A stretch of DNA of 64,000 nt from Polyangiaceae bacterium (GTDB lineage Bacteria > Myxococcota_A > Polyangia > Polyangiales > Polyangiaceae), in contig JBILLK010000005.1 in the NCBI GenBank assembly GCA_044376115.1, forward strand, positions 32,001-96,000. The letters are read 5' to 3'. Made by a program: the position numbers and the translations under genes. The notes beneath the pieces are model-generated. The model saw only the letters and a program-made list of their open reading frames with translations. It was not told the DNA's origin and ran no database searches. Positions 27,076 to 41,634 of this stretch are shown piece after piece. Each line of letters opens with the position of its first letter. The stretch's first letter is position 1.

Positions 27076-28044
27076 CTACATGAGCGGGAGCACCTCGACC
27101 ACCGGCGATCGCACCTCGTGCGCCGCGCGTAGTACCAGGGTGACATCGAGCTCGGTTGAACCGCCAACCGTGAAGTGGGTCGATCCACCGAAGGTTGTAG
27201 CCCCTTTTGCCTCTAACAGGCTCCGCAGTGCAGCGCCGTTCGAACGGACCGTCACACGAAACGTCCGCGATCTCCCGAGTACTTCATCCGGCGCCCCGAA
27301 CAAGACCGTCTCAGTGCCGCCCAAAAACAGAAAGTCGGAGCAGCCGCGAGCAAAAGCTCCCTCCGCCGAATCGGGCGAGACTGTCGTTCCACTCACAATG
27401 AGGCGGCCGATATGGCTTGCCGCTTCGAGTGCCCCACGCACGTATTCAGCACCTTGCCCCTCAAGACCCCAAAGCGGCTGGTTCACCACTACGGCTTTGG
27501 GCAGCGACACCATGCCACCAGCGATCGCAAGCACGCGGCGTTCAGGCAAAGAGAGCGTCTTTAACTGGCGCGACCCTCCACGCGGTAAGCCCGCTCGCGC
27601 GAGTACTTCATCCACGCGTGCGGTCTGCTCGCTGCCGCCCATCGACTCTCCGCGAGCAGCAAGCTTGAGGCGCAGCAAGTTGCGGAGGTGCTCTGCCACC
27701 GTCGAGGTCAACACGAGCGGAGGATCGAGTGGTACGGCTCCGACCCAGCGAACATAGTCGGGACTCCCAACGGAATATCCCATCACCGACATCGCACCGC
27801 GGATGACGCGTGCTGCAGGCGGAACCTCGATCAGCTCGTCCTGTGCGCTTAGCAGCGATGCTTGACTGGCCCCCTCCGGAACCAACGTCAGAGCGGAGAG
27901 CAGCGACGCGCTATTGCCCGCAATGAACAGGCGGTCGCCGTGCGTGCAGAACGATAGTCCACTAAGGAGCGCGCTGCTCTCGGTCCCAATCGCGCAATCC
28001 TCAGCCCTTACGAGCGCAATCTCCGTCATATGCACCTGACTCAC
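27076..28044 (-). CDS. Degenerate ABC transporter ATP-binding-like protein
   Basis: ABC NBD layout (LSGLSF; TVAEHL; VDEVLARAGL; 'LSLPERRVLAIA'; 'VVVNQPLWGLE') without Walker A GKS/T or Walker B DE. GTGA overlap with sppA stop. Confidence 0.65.
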   Translation of the reverse strand: MSQVHMTEIALVRAEDCAIGTESSALLSGLSFCTHGDRLFIAGNSASLLSALTLVPEGASQASLLSAQDELIEVPPAARVIRGAMSVMGYSVGSPDYVRWVGAVPLDPPLVLTSTVAEHLRNLLRLKLAARGESMGGSEQTARVDEVLARAGLPRGGSRQLKTLSLPERRVLAIAGGMVSLPKAVVVNQPLWGLEGQGAEYVRGALEAASHIGRLIVSGTTVSPDSAEGAFARGCSDFLFLGGTETVLFGAPDEVLGRSRTFRVTVRSNGAALRSLLEAKGATTFGGSTHFTVGGSTELDVTLVLRAAHEVRSPVVEVLPLM

Positions 28045-30587
28045 GGTTGCTCCTCGTCATCGAACTCGGCTGATTCAGCGCTGGGGTTGAGCAGGCTACG
28101 GGGGTAGTCGCCAACCTCAAACATCTCCACGCGTGCCATTGGCTGCGACGAGTCAAACACCATGAACGGAGCCAAAGCGCGGGCGACGTCCAATAGACCT
28201 GGTGGAATGAACGACATCCCCCCGGGGGCGGCGCTTAGACCTACCAACTTGAGCAGGAAGCCAAGCAACGAATCGTCTTCGGCAGGAAGTTCAACTACAG
28301 CTGCATCATCAGCCAATCCGGCGAGCCGCCGTGCCTCCTCCATCGCTTCACGGAGCCCCCCGACCTTGTCGACCAATTGATGGTCCTTTGCCTGTGCACC
28401 CGTCCACACACGCCCTCGGGCGACGGCGTCCACCTGTTCAATCGAGAGCTTTCTACCCTCTGCGACGCGCCCGGCGAACAGGTCGTAGAACTGCTTCACC
28501 TTCTTTCCTAGCTCGACGCGTTCGTCTTCCGTGAACGGCCGAAAGAGGCTCTCGGCATCGGCTCGCGGGGAGGAGCTGAAGCCTGCCGTCCCAACGCCCA
28601 GTTTGCTTAGCAGTCCAGAAAGATCGACCTTGCCGTAGAAGATGCCGATCGATCCTGTCATGGTCGTGCGGTTAGCGAAGATGGGGCCGCCGCCGACTGC
28701 AACATAGTAACCGCCGCTGGCGGCGGCGGAGCCCATCGAGATGACAACCGGCTTCTTCTTTGCGAGCAGCTGTACCTCGCGGTGAATGACGTCGGCGGCG
28801 AGCGAGGAGCCTCCCCCTGTCTCGATGCGGAAGACGACTGCCTTGACGCTCGAGTCGTCTCGGGCCTGTTTCAACGCAGCAGTGATTGTTCGAGAACCAG
28901 CCAACCGAATGTTGATGAGCGGAATGTTCTGACTCTCGCCGTCCACCATGTCGCCAGCGAGATAAACAACCGCAATCTTATTGTCCCGCACCCACCGAGT
29001 CGGTGCTTCTGAGAAGGGGAGAGACTTTACGATGTCCACTGAGCCGCCCATGACTTCGTTCATGAAGCGACCAATCTCATCCGGGTACACCAGGGTATCT
29101 ACAAGGCCAGCATCACGAGCCTCTGCAGCAATGAACGGGCCCTTCGCCAGCGTCTCTTTGAGCTTGGCTGCGGTGCTCCCTCGATTCGAGGCAACATCAT
29201 TGAGATAGACGGACTCATACTGGTTTACGAGATCCTGAAAGTTCGTTTTTGCGGTCTCACTCGGTGCAGAAAGCGTGAACTGCTCGGCCGCTGCCTTATT
29301 CTTACCAATGCGTACGAAGTCGGCCTGTACGCCCAGCTCGGCAAGCGCTCCGCCAAAGTAGAAGTAGCGACTCGAGAGCCCCGAAAAGCGAAGGCCGCCA
29401 GCTGGATTTATCGCTATGCGATTGGCAGCTGAACAAGCGAAAAGAGATTTGCCACCAGCATCCTCGAGATGACAAGCGACCTTCTTCCCCTTGGCGCGCA
29501 GCCGAGTGATCGCATCTGCGAGTTCTTCTGCGTGTGCCATAGAACTCGCGGGCTCGTCCTTGAGCACCAATAGGACACCTTCGATCTCGTCATTGTCAGC
29601 AGCGCGCCAGAGTCGCCGCAGAAGGCTGACGTGGCCGCGATTACCCGGCGTACTGTTGATGTCGAACCGGGCGACCCGCTTACCAATAGGTATGCCGGGT
29701 TCGCGATAGAATCGCAACGCCCCTCCGAGGTAGAATCCAGGCGTTTCCAGACCTATCCCGTTACCAAAGATAGCTCCGCCGGAGACTTGGCCTGGCCCCC
29801 AGTTTAGGTCGAGGCCCAGCGTCGCGACGGCTTGTGGATCATCGAGGTCGAAGTTGACCATCGCAACGTCACCGCGGAGTCTACCGACGTAGGGTAGGTC
29901 AAACCCGAGCGTGGCCTTCGCGGTGCCATTCACCAGCTGGTCATAGAAGCGCCCCTCCACGCCTAGCTCAATGTCGCGCCGGCCCTCAAAGGGTCGAAAT
30001 GCAGCGCCTAGATCGAAAGCCCGATAGGAGGTCGTGACATCATCACGACTGACCGGCACATTGAAGTCACGGACGACGGCTCCAACACTGACCCACTCGC
30101 TCGGCCGCAGCGTGGCGCCAACCGTGACTCCAAATTGCCCATCAAGGCGGCGGTCATCCGAAATCGACCAGCCAAGCGAGGCTCCAACCCCCAACCAGTT
30201 GTCGACTCGGCCGCCAGCTCCCCAACGAACCCACTGATAGTTGTCGTTGAACGGCGCCGGCACCCGAGCCGCTGGATCATGAAGTTCAAGACGTAGCCCA
30301 CTACCGAAGAGCCACAACGGCGCGGCCACGTCCAACGAGTGCCCTCGACCCGCCCACGGTGACGAGTCGCCTGTGTAGATCGTTGTCCAGCGCAACTCAG
30401 GCGCCGGGAGAAACGCGAGGTTTCCAGGGTTCTGCGCCGTCGCCGTGGAATCATCCGCCGACGCTAGATTGCGGCCTGGCGCGAGCAACGTCTCACTGAT
30501 CGACCGTGGCGGCTCAGCGCTCGCGGGGGCTGCCCCGGTGGCGGTCATCACACCCACCAAGATGAGCGCGTGCTTCCGTTCGACCAT
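28041..30587 (-). CDS. sppA: Long-form signal peptide peptidase SppA with N-terminal beta-barrel-like domain
   Basis: Signal peptide; 'NPGNLA' and amphipathic strands; two S49 domains (GKNKAAAE; KAVVFRIETGGG, AASGGYY, TGSIGI, GRVWTG). Confidence 0.92.
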   Translation of the reverse strand: MVERKHALILVGVMTATGAAPASAEPPRSISETLLAPGRNLASADDSTATAQNPGNLAFLPAPELRWTTIYTGDSSPWAGRGHSLDVAAPLWLFGSGLRLELHDPAARVPAPFNDNYQWVRWGAGGRVDNWLGVGASLGWSISDDRRLDGQFGVTVGATLRPSEWVSVGAVVRDFNVPVSRDDVTTSYRAFDLGAAFRPFEGRRDIELGVEGRFYDQLVNGTAKATLGFDLPYVGRLRGDVAMVNFDLDDPQAVATLGLDLNWGPGQVSGGAIFGNGIGLETPGFYLGGALRFYREPGIPIGKRVARFDINSTPGNRGHVSLLRRLWRAADNDEIEGVLLVLKDEPASSMAHAEELADAITRLRAKGKKVACHLEDAGGKSLFACSAANRIAINPAGGLRFSGLSSRYFYFGGALAELGVQADFVRIGKNKAAAEQFTLSAPSETAKTNFQDLVNQYESVYLNDVASNRGSTAAKLKETLAKGPFIAAEARDAGLVDTLVYPDEIGRFMNEVMGGSVDIVKSLPFSEAPTRWVRDNKIAVVYLAGDMVDGESQNIPLINIRLAGSRTITAALKQARDDSSVKAVVFRIETGGGSSLAADVIHREVQLLAKKKPVVISMGSAAASGGYYVAVGGGPIFANRTTMTGSIGIFYGKVDLSGLLSKLGVGTAGFSSSPRADAESLFRPFTEDERVELGKKVKQFYDLFAGRVAEGRKLSIEQVDAVARGRVWTGAQAKDHQLVDKVGGLREAMEEARRLAGLADDAAVVELPAEDDSLLGFLLKLVGLSAAPGGMSFIPPGLLDVARALAPFMVFDSSQPMARVEMFEVGDYPRSLLNPSAESAEFDDEEQP

Positions 30588-30638
30588 AGGGGCGAGACCT
30601 TAGCATCGATTCGTGCGTACGCTTAGACACCGATCGCG

Positions 30639-35511
<4,873 letters not shown>

Positions 35512-35687
35512 CCGCATCAGGTAACGGTTCTCCAAGCTCCACCATCGCAGCCAACAGGCTGCGCATGGTGTTGCGCAGCTTTTCCGAGAGCTGAGCTTGG
35601 TAAGCGCAGCAGGTTCATGGTGGGTGTGCTGGTCCTGCGACCATTTCGCTTGGGACTCTTCTCGGGACCATGGTTTAAACGTTGGTC

Positions 35688-36974
35688 ATGGTGCGTGCTC
35701 TCCGTTGGCTGGCCCTCCTCATGGCGCCGGGATGTCTCGTGGACGTCACCGGACCTATCAGTCAAAGCGGTGGTGGTTCCTCGGGGGCCAGCGACGCTGG
35801 TGGTGAAACGAGCGCTGGCGGCGCTTCGAGCGGTGGTGCATCGACTGGCGGCGCTTCGAGCGGTGGTGCATCGACTGGCGGCGCTTCGAGCGGTGGTGCA
35901 TCGACTGGCGGCGCATCGAGCGGTGGTGCGTCGACTGGTGGTGCTGGAACCGGTGGAGCACCCGCTGCTCAACACTGCCCTGATGGCGAGTTCATTTCCA
36001 ACATTCGAGGAGGAGAAATAACCTGTGCCTCCATTGACGCAGCAGCAACGCAGTCGTTGGCAGATAGCTGCACCATTTATTCTGGCTGGCGAAATAACTG
36101 TGGAGCCGGATGCACCATGCCACCGGAGCGCTACGGAACAGTTTCGACCAGCGCTTGCGTTGGCCCTGGGCAGGACTCGACCTGCCAAACACACGATTTA
36201 GGCGCTGATCTCGGTGTGGAGCTTCTGGGGCTAGACGTTGACGGAAGCGTAGGCTCGGGAGATCGATTTTACGCTGCAATCAACTGCGTGCCGGGCAACG
36301 CAGATGCGGGTCAATGCGGAGAAGGCAAACTCGTCGCCGGCTATGACGGTCAAGTAGTCCAGTGCAGGTCAATCTCGGGGGCCGTAATCGACTATGTAAG
36401 GCCGAGCTGCTCACTGGTCACCGGTTGGCGGGACTTGTGCACTGCTTGCACGATGGCCCCTGCGAAGTATGCTCGGTCCAGCTCTACAATGTGTAGCAGC
36501 GGGGTCGGTGATACCTGCGCTCAAGTGACGTTGGGGAGCGAGGCAGTTCAGCTCGCGAGCTTCTCTACTGAGGGTGCTGTTGGTGAGGATGACAAGTTCT
36601 ATGTCGGTTTGCGCTGTGACGATGTGACCTCTTCAGAAACCATTGCTATCGGTACTTGTTCGCCAGGTGAGTTTGCCGTTGGCTTGGAAGCAGACGGCTC
36701 ACTCGTTTGCCGAGGGCTCTCGGAAACCGCTATGACGGTCTTCCGCAATCACTGCTCGCTGTTCTACGGTTGGCGTGACGGGTGCGACGCCTGCACAGAC
36801 GCGCCAAGCAAGTGGGGCAAGGTCAAGGATGGCAACTGTGCACTTGGTGGCGGCCAGGATGATACCTGCACCACGATGGAAATCGCCGGCCAGCAGGTTG
36901 ACCTCTTCGGGCTCAATACCGACGGAAACGTGGACGGCAACGACAAGTTCTATTTTGCATTCGAGTGCAAGTAG
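35688..36974 (+). CDS. Cys-rich lipoprotein with Gly/Ser linker and three internal domain repeats
   Basis: Lipobox MAPGC; three copies of 'GWR.xC..C...P..(Y/W)...D(K/R)FY...C'. Confidence 0.8.
   Translation: MVRALRWLALLMAPGCLVDVTGPISQSGGGSSGASDAGGETSAGGASSGGASTGGASSGGASTGGASSGGASTGGASSGGASTGGAGTGGAPAAQHCPDGEFISNIRGGEITCASIDAAATQSLADSCTIYSGWRNNCGAGCTMPPERYGTVSTSACVGPGQDSTCQTHDLGADLGVELLGLDVDGSVGSGDRFYAAINCVPGNADAGQCGEGKLVAGYDGQVVQCRSISGAVIDYVRPSCSLVTGWRDLCTACTMAPAKYARSSSTMCSSGVGDTCAQVTLGSEAVQLASFSTEGAVGEDDKFYVGLRCDDVTSSETIAIGTCSPGEFAVGLEADGSLVCRGLSETAMTVFRNHCSLFYGWRDGCDACTDAPSKWGKVKDGNCALGGGQDDTCTTMEIAGQQVDLFGLNTDGNVDGNDKFYFAFECK
35817..35936 (+). repeat. 30-bp coding tandem repeat, 4 copies (GGASSGGAST)
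   Basis: ggcggcgcttcgagcggtggtgcatcgact: three exact copies and one with 2 substitutions. Confidence 0.95.
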
Positions 36975-38416
36975 GCGAGCGAAAACTCCTCTGCGCCCAT
37001 AAGTTTCTTCAATGATAGCTTGGACAGCAGCCTCTTGGTGATAGGGCGCTTGGCGTCCCAGAATATCCTAGCGTCGAGGAAGCTCTTCGCTTTGCTACTG
37101 TTTAGCGCGTTCGTGAACGCTTGCGCTTGGGCAGCTGAGTTACACGGCAGAAAGTAGCAGGTGTCATCCAGCATGACCGGCTTGCCGTTGCGCGGTTCTA
37201 TCATCTCGAAGTGAAGTCGCTTAGCCAGTGCGGAGATACCGACTTTGTACTCAGCAAAGGAATAAGGGCCTACCCCAAAGATCGCGAAGTCGGGCTGCTT
37301 CTTGTAGATACTGCTCTTGCGGGCGGCAAACGCTGAGCGATGCTGACTGAGGTAGGCCCAGGTTCGAGGGGCTACCGCCTCGAGACGCTGCGTATCCTCG
37401 CCAATACGCCGCTGCGGTACGAGCAGCCAACGCTCCTTCGTTGGTTGCTTGAGGAGGTCGGCTCCCTTCATGAACGGAAATAGTAGCTCCGGCTCAAGCT
37501 GTAGCTGCTCCCCGTTACTATTCTGGATCCCCCAGCGGGTGCGCTCGAGCTCAACGATAGAGGCGCAGTCGTGCTTGATGCCCGAGCGCCACTCTAACTC
37601 GCAGGTCCCCTCCAACTCTGAGCTCTCGCGGACGCCTGCGAGGTTTCTGACGAGTTCCCCGCCGCTGAATCCAAGCTGCGAATCTGGCTGTTTAGAGTCT
37701 AGCGCTGCGTAGACAGGAATCGATTCGAGTGCATCTGCGCTTGTCGAGAGCTGAAGAAGTACCGCCTCGACCGACGCCGAGAAATGTCGTTGGGCATCAA
37801 AGGTGTGTAGTGACCCCTTGAGCTTCCACTGCCGGTTCGACGCCGTCTCGAGCAGCTTTCGTGCAACGGCCGCCTTGCATAACATTGCAAAGCAAAATGG
37901 TTTGCCCGAGGCAATTGCTGCTTCGAGCAGCCGCTCCAGAATCCACTCCGAGATGTCAAAGTTGGCGCGGCCCGTTTTTGCCTCCAGCCCGTTCATCCCA
38001 GCACGCCTACGTTTAGGCGGAGAGTTGCTGCCCGCCACGGCCCCGAGCGTAGCCGTGGTTACCCAAGGGGGATTTCCTAGAAGGAGAAGGGGGGAGGGCA
38101 AGTCCCTCAGTTCCTTCTCCCAATCGACAGCAAAGCAGTCTGCTTGAGCAACTCTCGCGCGCTGACCTAGCCTTTGTCGCGCCACGGCGACATGTGCTGT
38201 GTTGAGTTCAAAGCCCAACAGCTTGGCTTCTGGAAACGTGGACGCAGCAGCCACGAGCAGCGAGCCTTCGCCACACGTTGGCTCAAGAACGCTGGCAAAT
38301 CTTGTGCTTTGTGCATGGCGGGCTGTGAGCTCAAGTACCAGCTGGGCCAGGCCTGCCGGGGTTTGCCAGTCTCCACGGGCAATACGCTGGGAGCTGTTGG
38401 CGGGGGAGGGAGCCAC
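36950..38416 (-). CDS. Gamma-class amino (N6-adenine) DNA methyltransferase, orphan
   Basis: QTP, LEPTCGEGSLL (SAM binding) precedes GNPPW (catalytic); long C-terminal target-recognition region. Confidence 0.88.
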   Translation of the reverse strand: MAPSPANSSQRIARGDWQTPAGLAQLVLELTARHAQSTRFASVLEPTCGEGSLLVAAASTFPEAKLLGFELNTAHVAVARQRLGQRARVAQADCFAVDWEKELRDLPSPLLLLGNPPWVTTATLGAVAGSNSPPKRRRAGMNGLEAKTGRANFDISEWILERLLEAAIASGKPFCFAMLCKAAVARKLLETASNRQWKLKGSLHTFDAQRHFSASVEAVLLQLSTSADALESIPVYAALDSKQPDSQLGFSGGELVRNLAGVRESSELEGTCELEWRSGIKHDCASIVELERTRWGIQNSNGEQLQLEPELLFPFMKGADLLKQPTKERWLLVPQRRIGEDTQRLEAVAPRTWAYLSQHRSAFAARKSSIYKKQPDFAIFGVGPYSFAEYKVGISALAKRLHFEMIEPRNGKPVMLDDTCYFLPCNSAAQAQAFTNALNSSKAKSFLDARIFWDAKRPITKRLLSKLSLKKLMGAEEFSLAYLHSNAK

Positions 38417-38469
38417 GAGGATGGTGCAATCTACTCGCGCTTTGGCTAGAGACCACCCCTGAGGATCTC

Positions 38470-39936
38470 ATGCAGAAGTCGATGGATCAGATTGTCTCCC
38501 TTTGTAAGCGTCGCGGCTTTCTCTTTCAGTCGTCCGAAATCTACGGCGGATTGAACGGATTCTGGGACTACGGCCCGCTAGGCGTTGAGCTGAAGCGAAA
38601 TGTTCGCGCGGCGTGGTGGAACGACATGATCTCGAACCACGATGAGTTCACCGTTCACACGGGGGCGCCGCGAGAGTTTCAAATGACCGGCGTTGAGACG
38701 TCGATCATCATGCATCCGCAAGTGTGGAAGGCCTCAGGGCACTTCGACCTCTTCTGCGACATGATGGTGGACTGCTCCACCTGCAAGTCTCGCTTCCGGG
38801 CGGACCATGTCAAGAGCAGCCAATGCACCCTGAAGCCGAGCAAGAAGCCCGGTGAACATGAAGCCTGCAAACTCACAGAGCCTCGTGAGTTCAATTTGAT
38901 GTTCAAGACGCGCGTTGGCGCTCTCGGAACGGAGGAGGACTCGGCCTTCCTTCGTCCCGAGACAGCTCAGGGTATGTTCGTCAACTTCAAGAACGTGGTC
39001 GACAGTATGTCGGTCAAGGTCCCATTCGGGATCGCGCAGATCGGCAAGAGCTTCCGAAACGAGATTACGCCGCGCAACTTTACGTTCCGCTCGCGCGAGT
39101 TTGAACAGATGGAGATGGAGTTCTTCTGTCATCCCTCGGAGTCACGCCAGTGGTACCAGTATTGGCGAGATCGCCGTTACGCTTGGTACCAAAAGCTTGG
39201 GATCTCGTCAGAGCGGCTCATTCTGCGAGACCATGCAGCAGACGAACTATCTCATTATTCAGTAGGTACCGCCGACGTTGAGTACGCCTTCCCGTTCCTT
39301 GGTGAAGGTGAATACGGCGAGCTCGAGGGCGTAGCGCATCGAGGAGACTTCGACCTGAGGTCTCATTCGGAGGGCAAGCTTCACAAGGGACCGAGCGGAG
39401 GTCTTGAGGTTGAGCGCCTCGCTGACGGCACGCCCAAGCATCGCGGCTCCGGCAAAGATCTCACCTACTTCGATCCCGAGACGCGAGAGAAGTTCATGCC
39501 CCACGTGATCGAGCCCGCAGCGGGTGCAGATCGGGCAACGCTCGCGTTCTTGTGCGAGGCCTACCACGAGGATCAGCAGCCCGATGAGAAGGGCGAGATG
39601 CAGACCCGCGTCTACCTCAAGTTCAATCCCAAGCTCGCACCGGTCAAGGTGGCTGTCTTTCCACTTATCAAGAAGGCCGGCATGCCAGAGCTTGCCCTCG
39701 AGATTTATCGCGAGCTACGAGCCGCCGGGATTCAGGCTGTTTATTCGCCGCAAGGAGCCATCGGAAAGCGGTACCGCCGTCAAGACGAGATCGGCACGCC
39801 GTGGTGCATCACTGTCGATGGGGACACCGAGACGGACGGCACAGTGACCCTCCGAGACCGCGATACCTTGGCGCAGGTCCGCATCCCGAAGAAGGAGGTC
39901 GTCGACGAAATCAGCCGACGGCTGCGCAACGCGTGA
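38470..39936 (+). CDS. glyQS: Glycine--tRNA ligase (alpha2 type)
   Basis: KRRGF..SSEIYGG, DYGPLG, LRPETAQG, GKSFRNEI, FRSREFEQME, PHVIEP, IGKRYRRQDEIGTP. Confidence 0.97.
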   Translation: MQKSMDQIVSLCKRRGFLFQSSEIYGGLNGFWDYGPLGVELKRNVRAAWWNDMISNHDEFTVHTGAPREFQMTGVETSIIMHPQVWKASGHFDLFCDMMVDCSTCKSRFRADHVKSSQCTLKPSKKPGEHEACKLTEPREFNLMFKTRVGALGTEEDSAFLRPETAQGMFVNFKNVVDSMSVKVPFGIAQIGKSFRNEITPRNFTFRSREFEQMEMEFFCHPSESRQWYQYWRDRRYAWYQKLGISSERLILRDHAADELSHYSVGTADVEYAFPFLGEGEYGELEGVAHRGDFDLRSHSEGKLHKGPSGGLEVERLADGTPKHRGSGKDLTYFDPETREKFMPHVIEPAAGADRATLAFLCEAYHEDQQPDEKGEMQTRVYLKFNPKLAPVKVAVFPLIKKAGMPELALEIYRELRAAGIQAVYSPQGAIGKRYRRQDEIGTPWCITVDGDTETDGTVTLRDRDTLAQVRIPKKEVVDEISRRLRNA

Positions 39937-40082
39937 GTTCGGATGAGGGCCTTGGGGGAGGCCCGCAACGGATCGTGACTGCGCGGAGTTGAATCTGCTC
40001 ATCTGTTTGCCTTCACCGGGACTCCACACAATCCCCCGGTGAGCGCCACCAACGCGCCACTGCGGTCGTTCACTCTAGTTGC

Positions 40083-40496
40083 ATGCGGACAAGGCGCAGT
40101 CGTTGGATTCTCGGGGGTATGGCCGCCACTTACGTCTTGGGGGCGGCCGGACTGGGTTTGGGGTTGCACTCCTCTCCGGCGTGGTTCTCTCAGCTCGCCA
40201 GCTTGGAGATCGTGCATGTCCTAGCGCATTCGCTGCTCTACGGCGGTCTCTGGCTCACCGCTTCTCGCTTGGGCCTCGGGCAACGTCGCGCGGCCATTGT
40301 CGTTATGGGCGTCGCTGTTGTGCAGGAGCTTACCCAAGATATCGTGTTTCGCCGTTGGCCGGGATTGCCAGAGCTCTTTGACCTAGGCGTTGATGCGGGC
40401 GCAATGCTGCTCGCCGCCGGGCTCCAGACGGTGCTCAGTCGCTTTCGGCGGAACGCTCTCGTGGACAACCAGCTATCCGCTGACCCGTCTTCGTAG
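40083..40496 (+). CDS. VanZ-like membrane protein
   Basis: 'AHSLLYGGL', 'QELTQ', 'R...FDLGVDAG'; several hydrophobic helices. Confidence 0.65.
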   Translation: MRTRRSRWILGGMAATYVLGAAGLGLGLHSSPAWFSQLASLEIVHVLAHSLLYGGLWLTASRLGLGQRRAAIVVMGVAVVQELTQDIVFRRWPGLPELFDLGVDAGAMLLAAGLQTVLSRFRRNALVDNQLSADPSS

Positions 40497-41634
40497 CGTA
40501 TTCAGGAGGTCATAGCGTGTGATGAGACCCAAGAAGTCACCGCGTCTAACCACGATCGCTACCAAGCCTCGCTCGAAGATTGGCAACAGCTCTCGATAGG
40601 GCGTGGACACGTCGACCGTTTCGAGTCGGTCACTCATCACGCTGCGAACTGGCTTTGAAAATCCAGCTGGGTCCTCGGCAACCGAGACCAACAGGTCCGA
40701 TTCATCGACGAGCCCTACTATCTTGTTGTCTTCGAGCACGGGGAGCTGTGAAACGTCACCTAGTCGCATGCGCGAATGGGCGAAGGCCAAGCTGTCCTCG
40801 GCGCCCACCGAGAGAACATCGCCCCGCTCGTGGCTTCTTCCTATGAAGTCGCGCAGATCTCCCGTCTCTTTGGATCGTACCAGGCCATGGTCGGTCAACC
40901 ACGCATCATTGAAGGCCTTGGAGAGATACTTGTTGCCTGTGTCGCAAACGAACGTCACTACCCGCTTGGGTTGACTCTGCTCCCGACAGTAGCGAAGTGC
41001 GGCCGCAAGCAATGTTCCAGTGGATGTTCCCCCAAGAATACCCTCGGCCTGCAGCAGCTCGCGGGTGGTAGCGAAGGCTTCACTGTCACTGATCGTGTAG
41101 GCTCGCTTCGTCCGAGAGAGGTCACATATGGGGGGGGTACCTGTTCTTGACCTATGCCCTCAACGAGGTAACTGCCAGTTGCTCCGAGCTTTCCCGTTTG
41201 TACGTAACTGGCCAAGGCCGAACCGAGGGGGTCGGCACGTGATAGGCCGAGGTCTTCTTGGCGATGCTCTTGGCCAGGTCAACATAGTAGGCGGGGTGGC
41301 CTTTCGAGTCGTCTGAGCGCGTCATTACAACCTGAGCTCCCAAAGCCTTGGCGTGAAGTACTTTCTCCCGGCTCATCTTGTCCGGAATGACCAAAGTAAG
41401 TTCATAGCCCCGCTGCGCGCAGGCGAGTGCTAGCCCTAAACCAGTATTACCCGCCGTTGCCTCCACGATTCTGCGTTGCGACGGGCCGACTAAGCCGGCG
41501 CGTTTCGAGCCGCCGGGGTTGTGGCTTTCTAGCTTGAGGAATAGCTCACACGGCCCAGTATCAAGCCGCGTGACTCTGACGAGGGGATTGTGGCCAACTC
41601 GATCCAGCGGGTCTTGTTCCTCGGGGCTCGTCAT
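40473..41634 (-). pseudogene. Cystathionine beta-synthase (PLP domain plus CBS pair), disrupted
   Basis: KLESHNPGGS, EATAGNTGLGLA, PDKMSREK, VEGIG, CDTGNKYLSK and CBS domains are spread over three reading frames, with internal segments missing. Confidence 0.9.
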
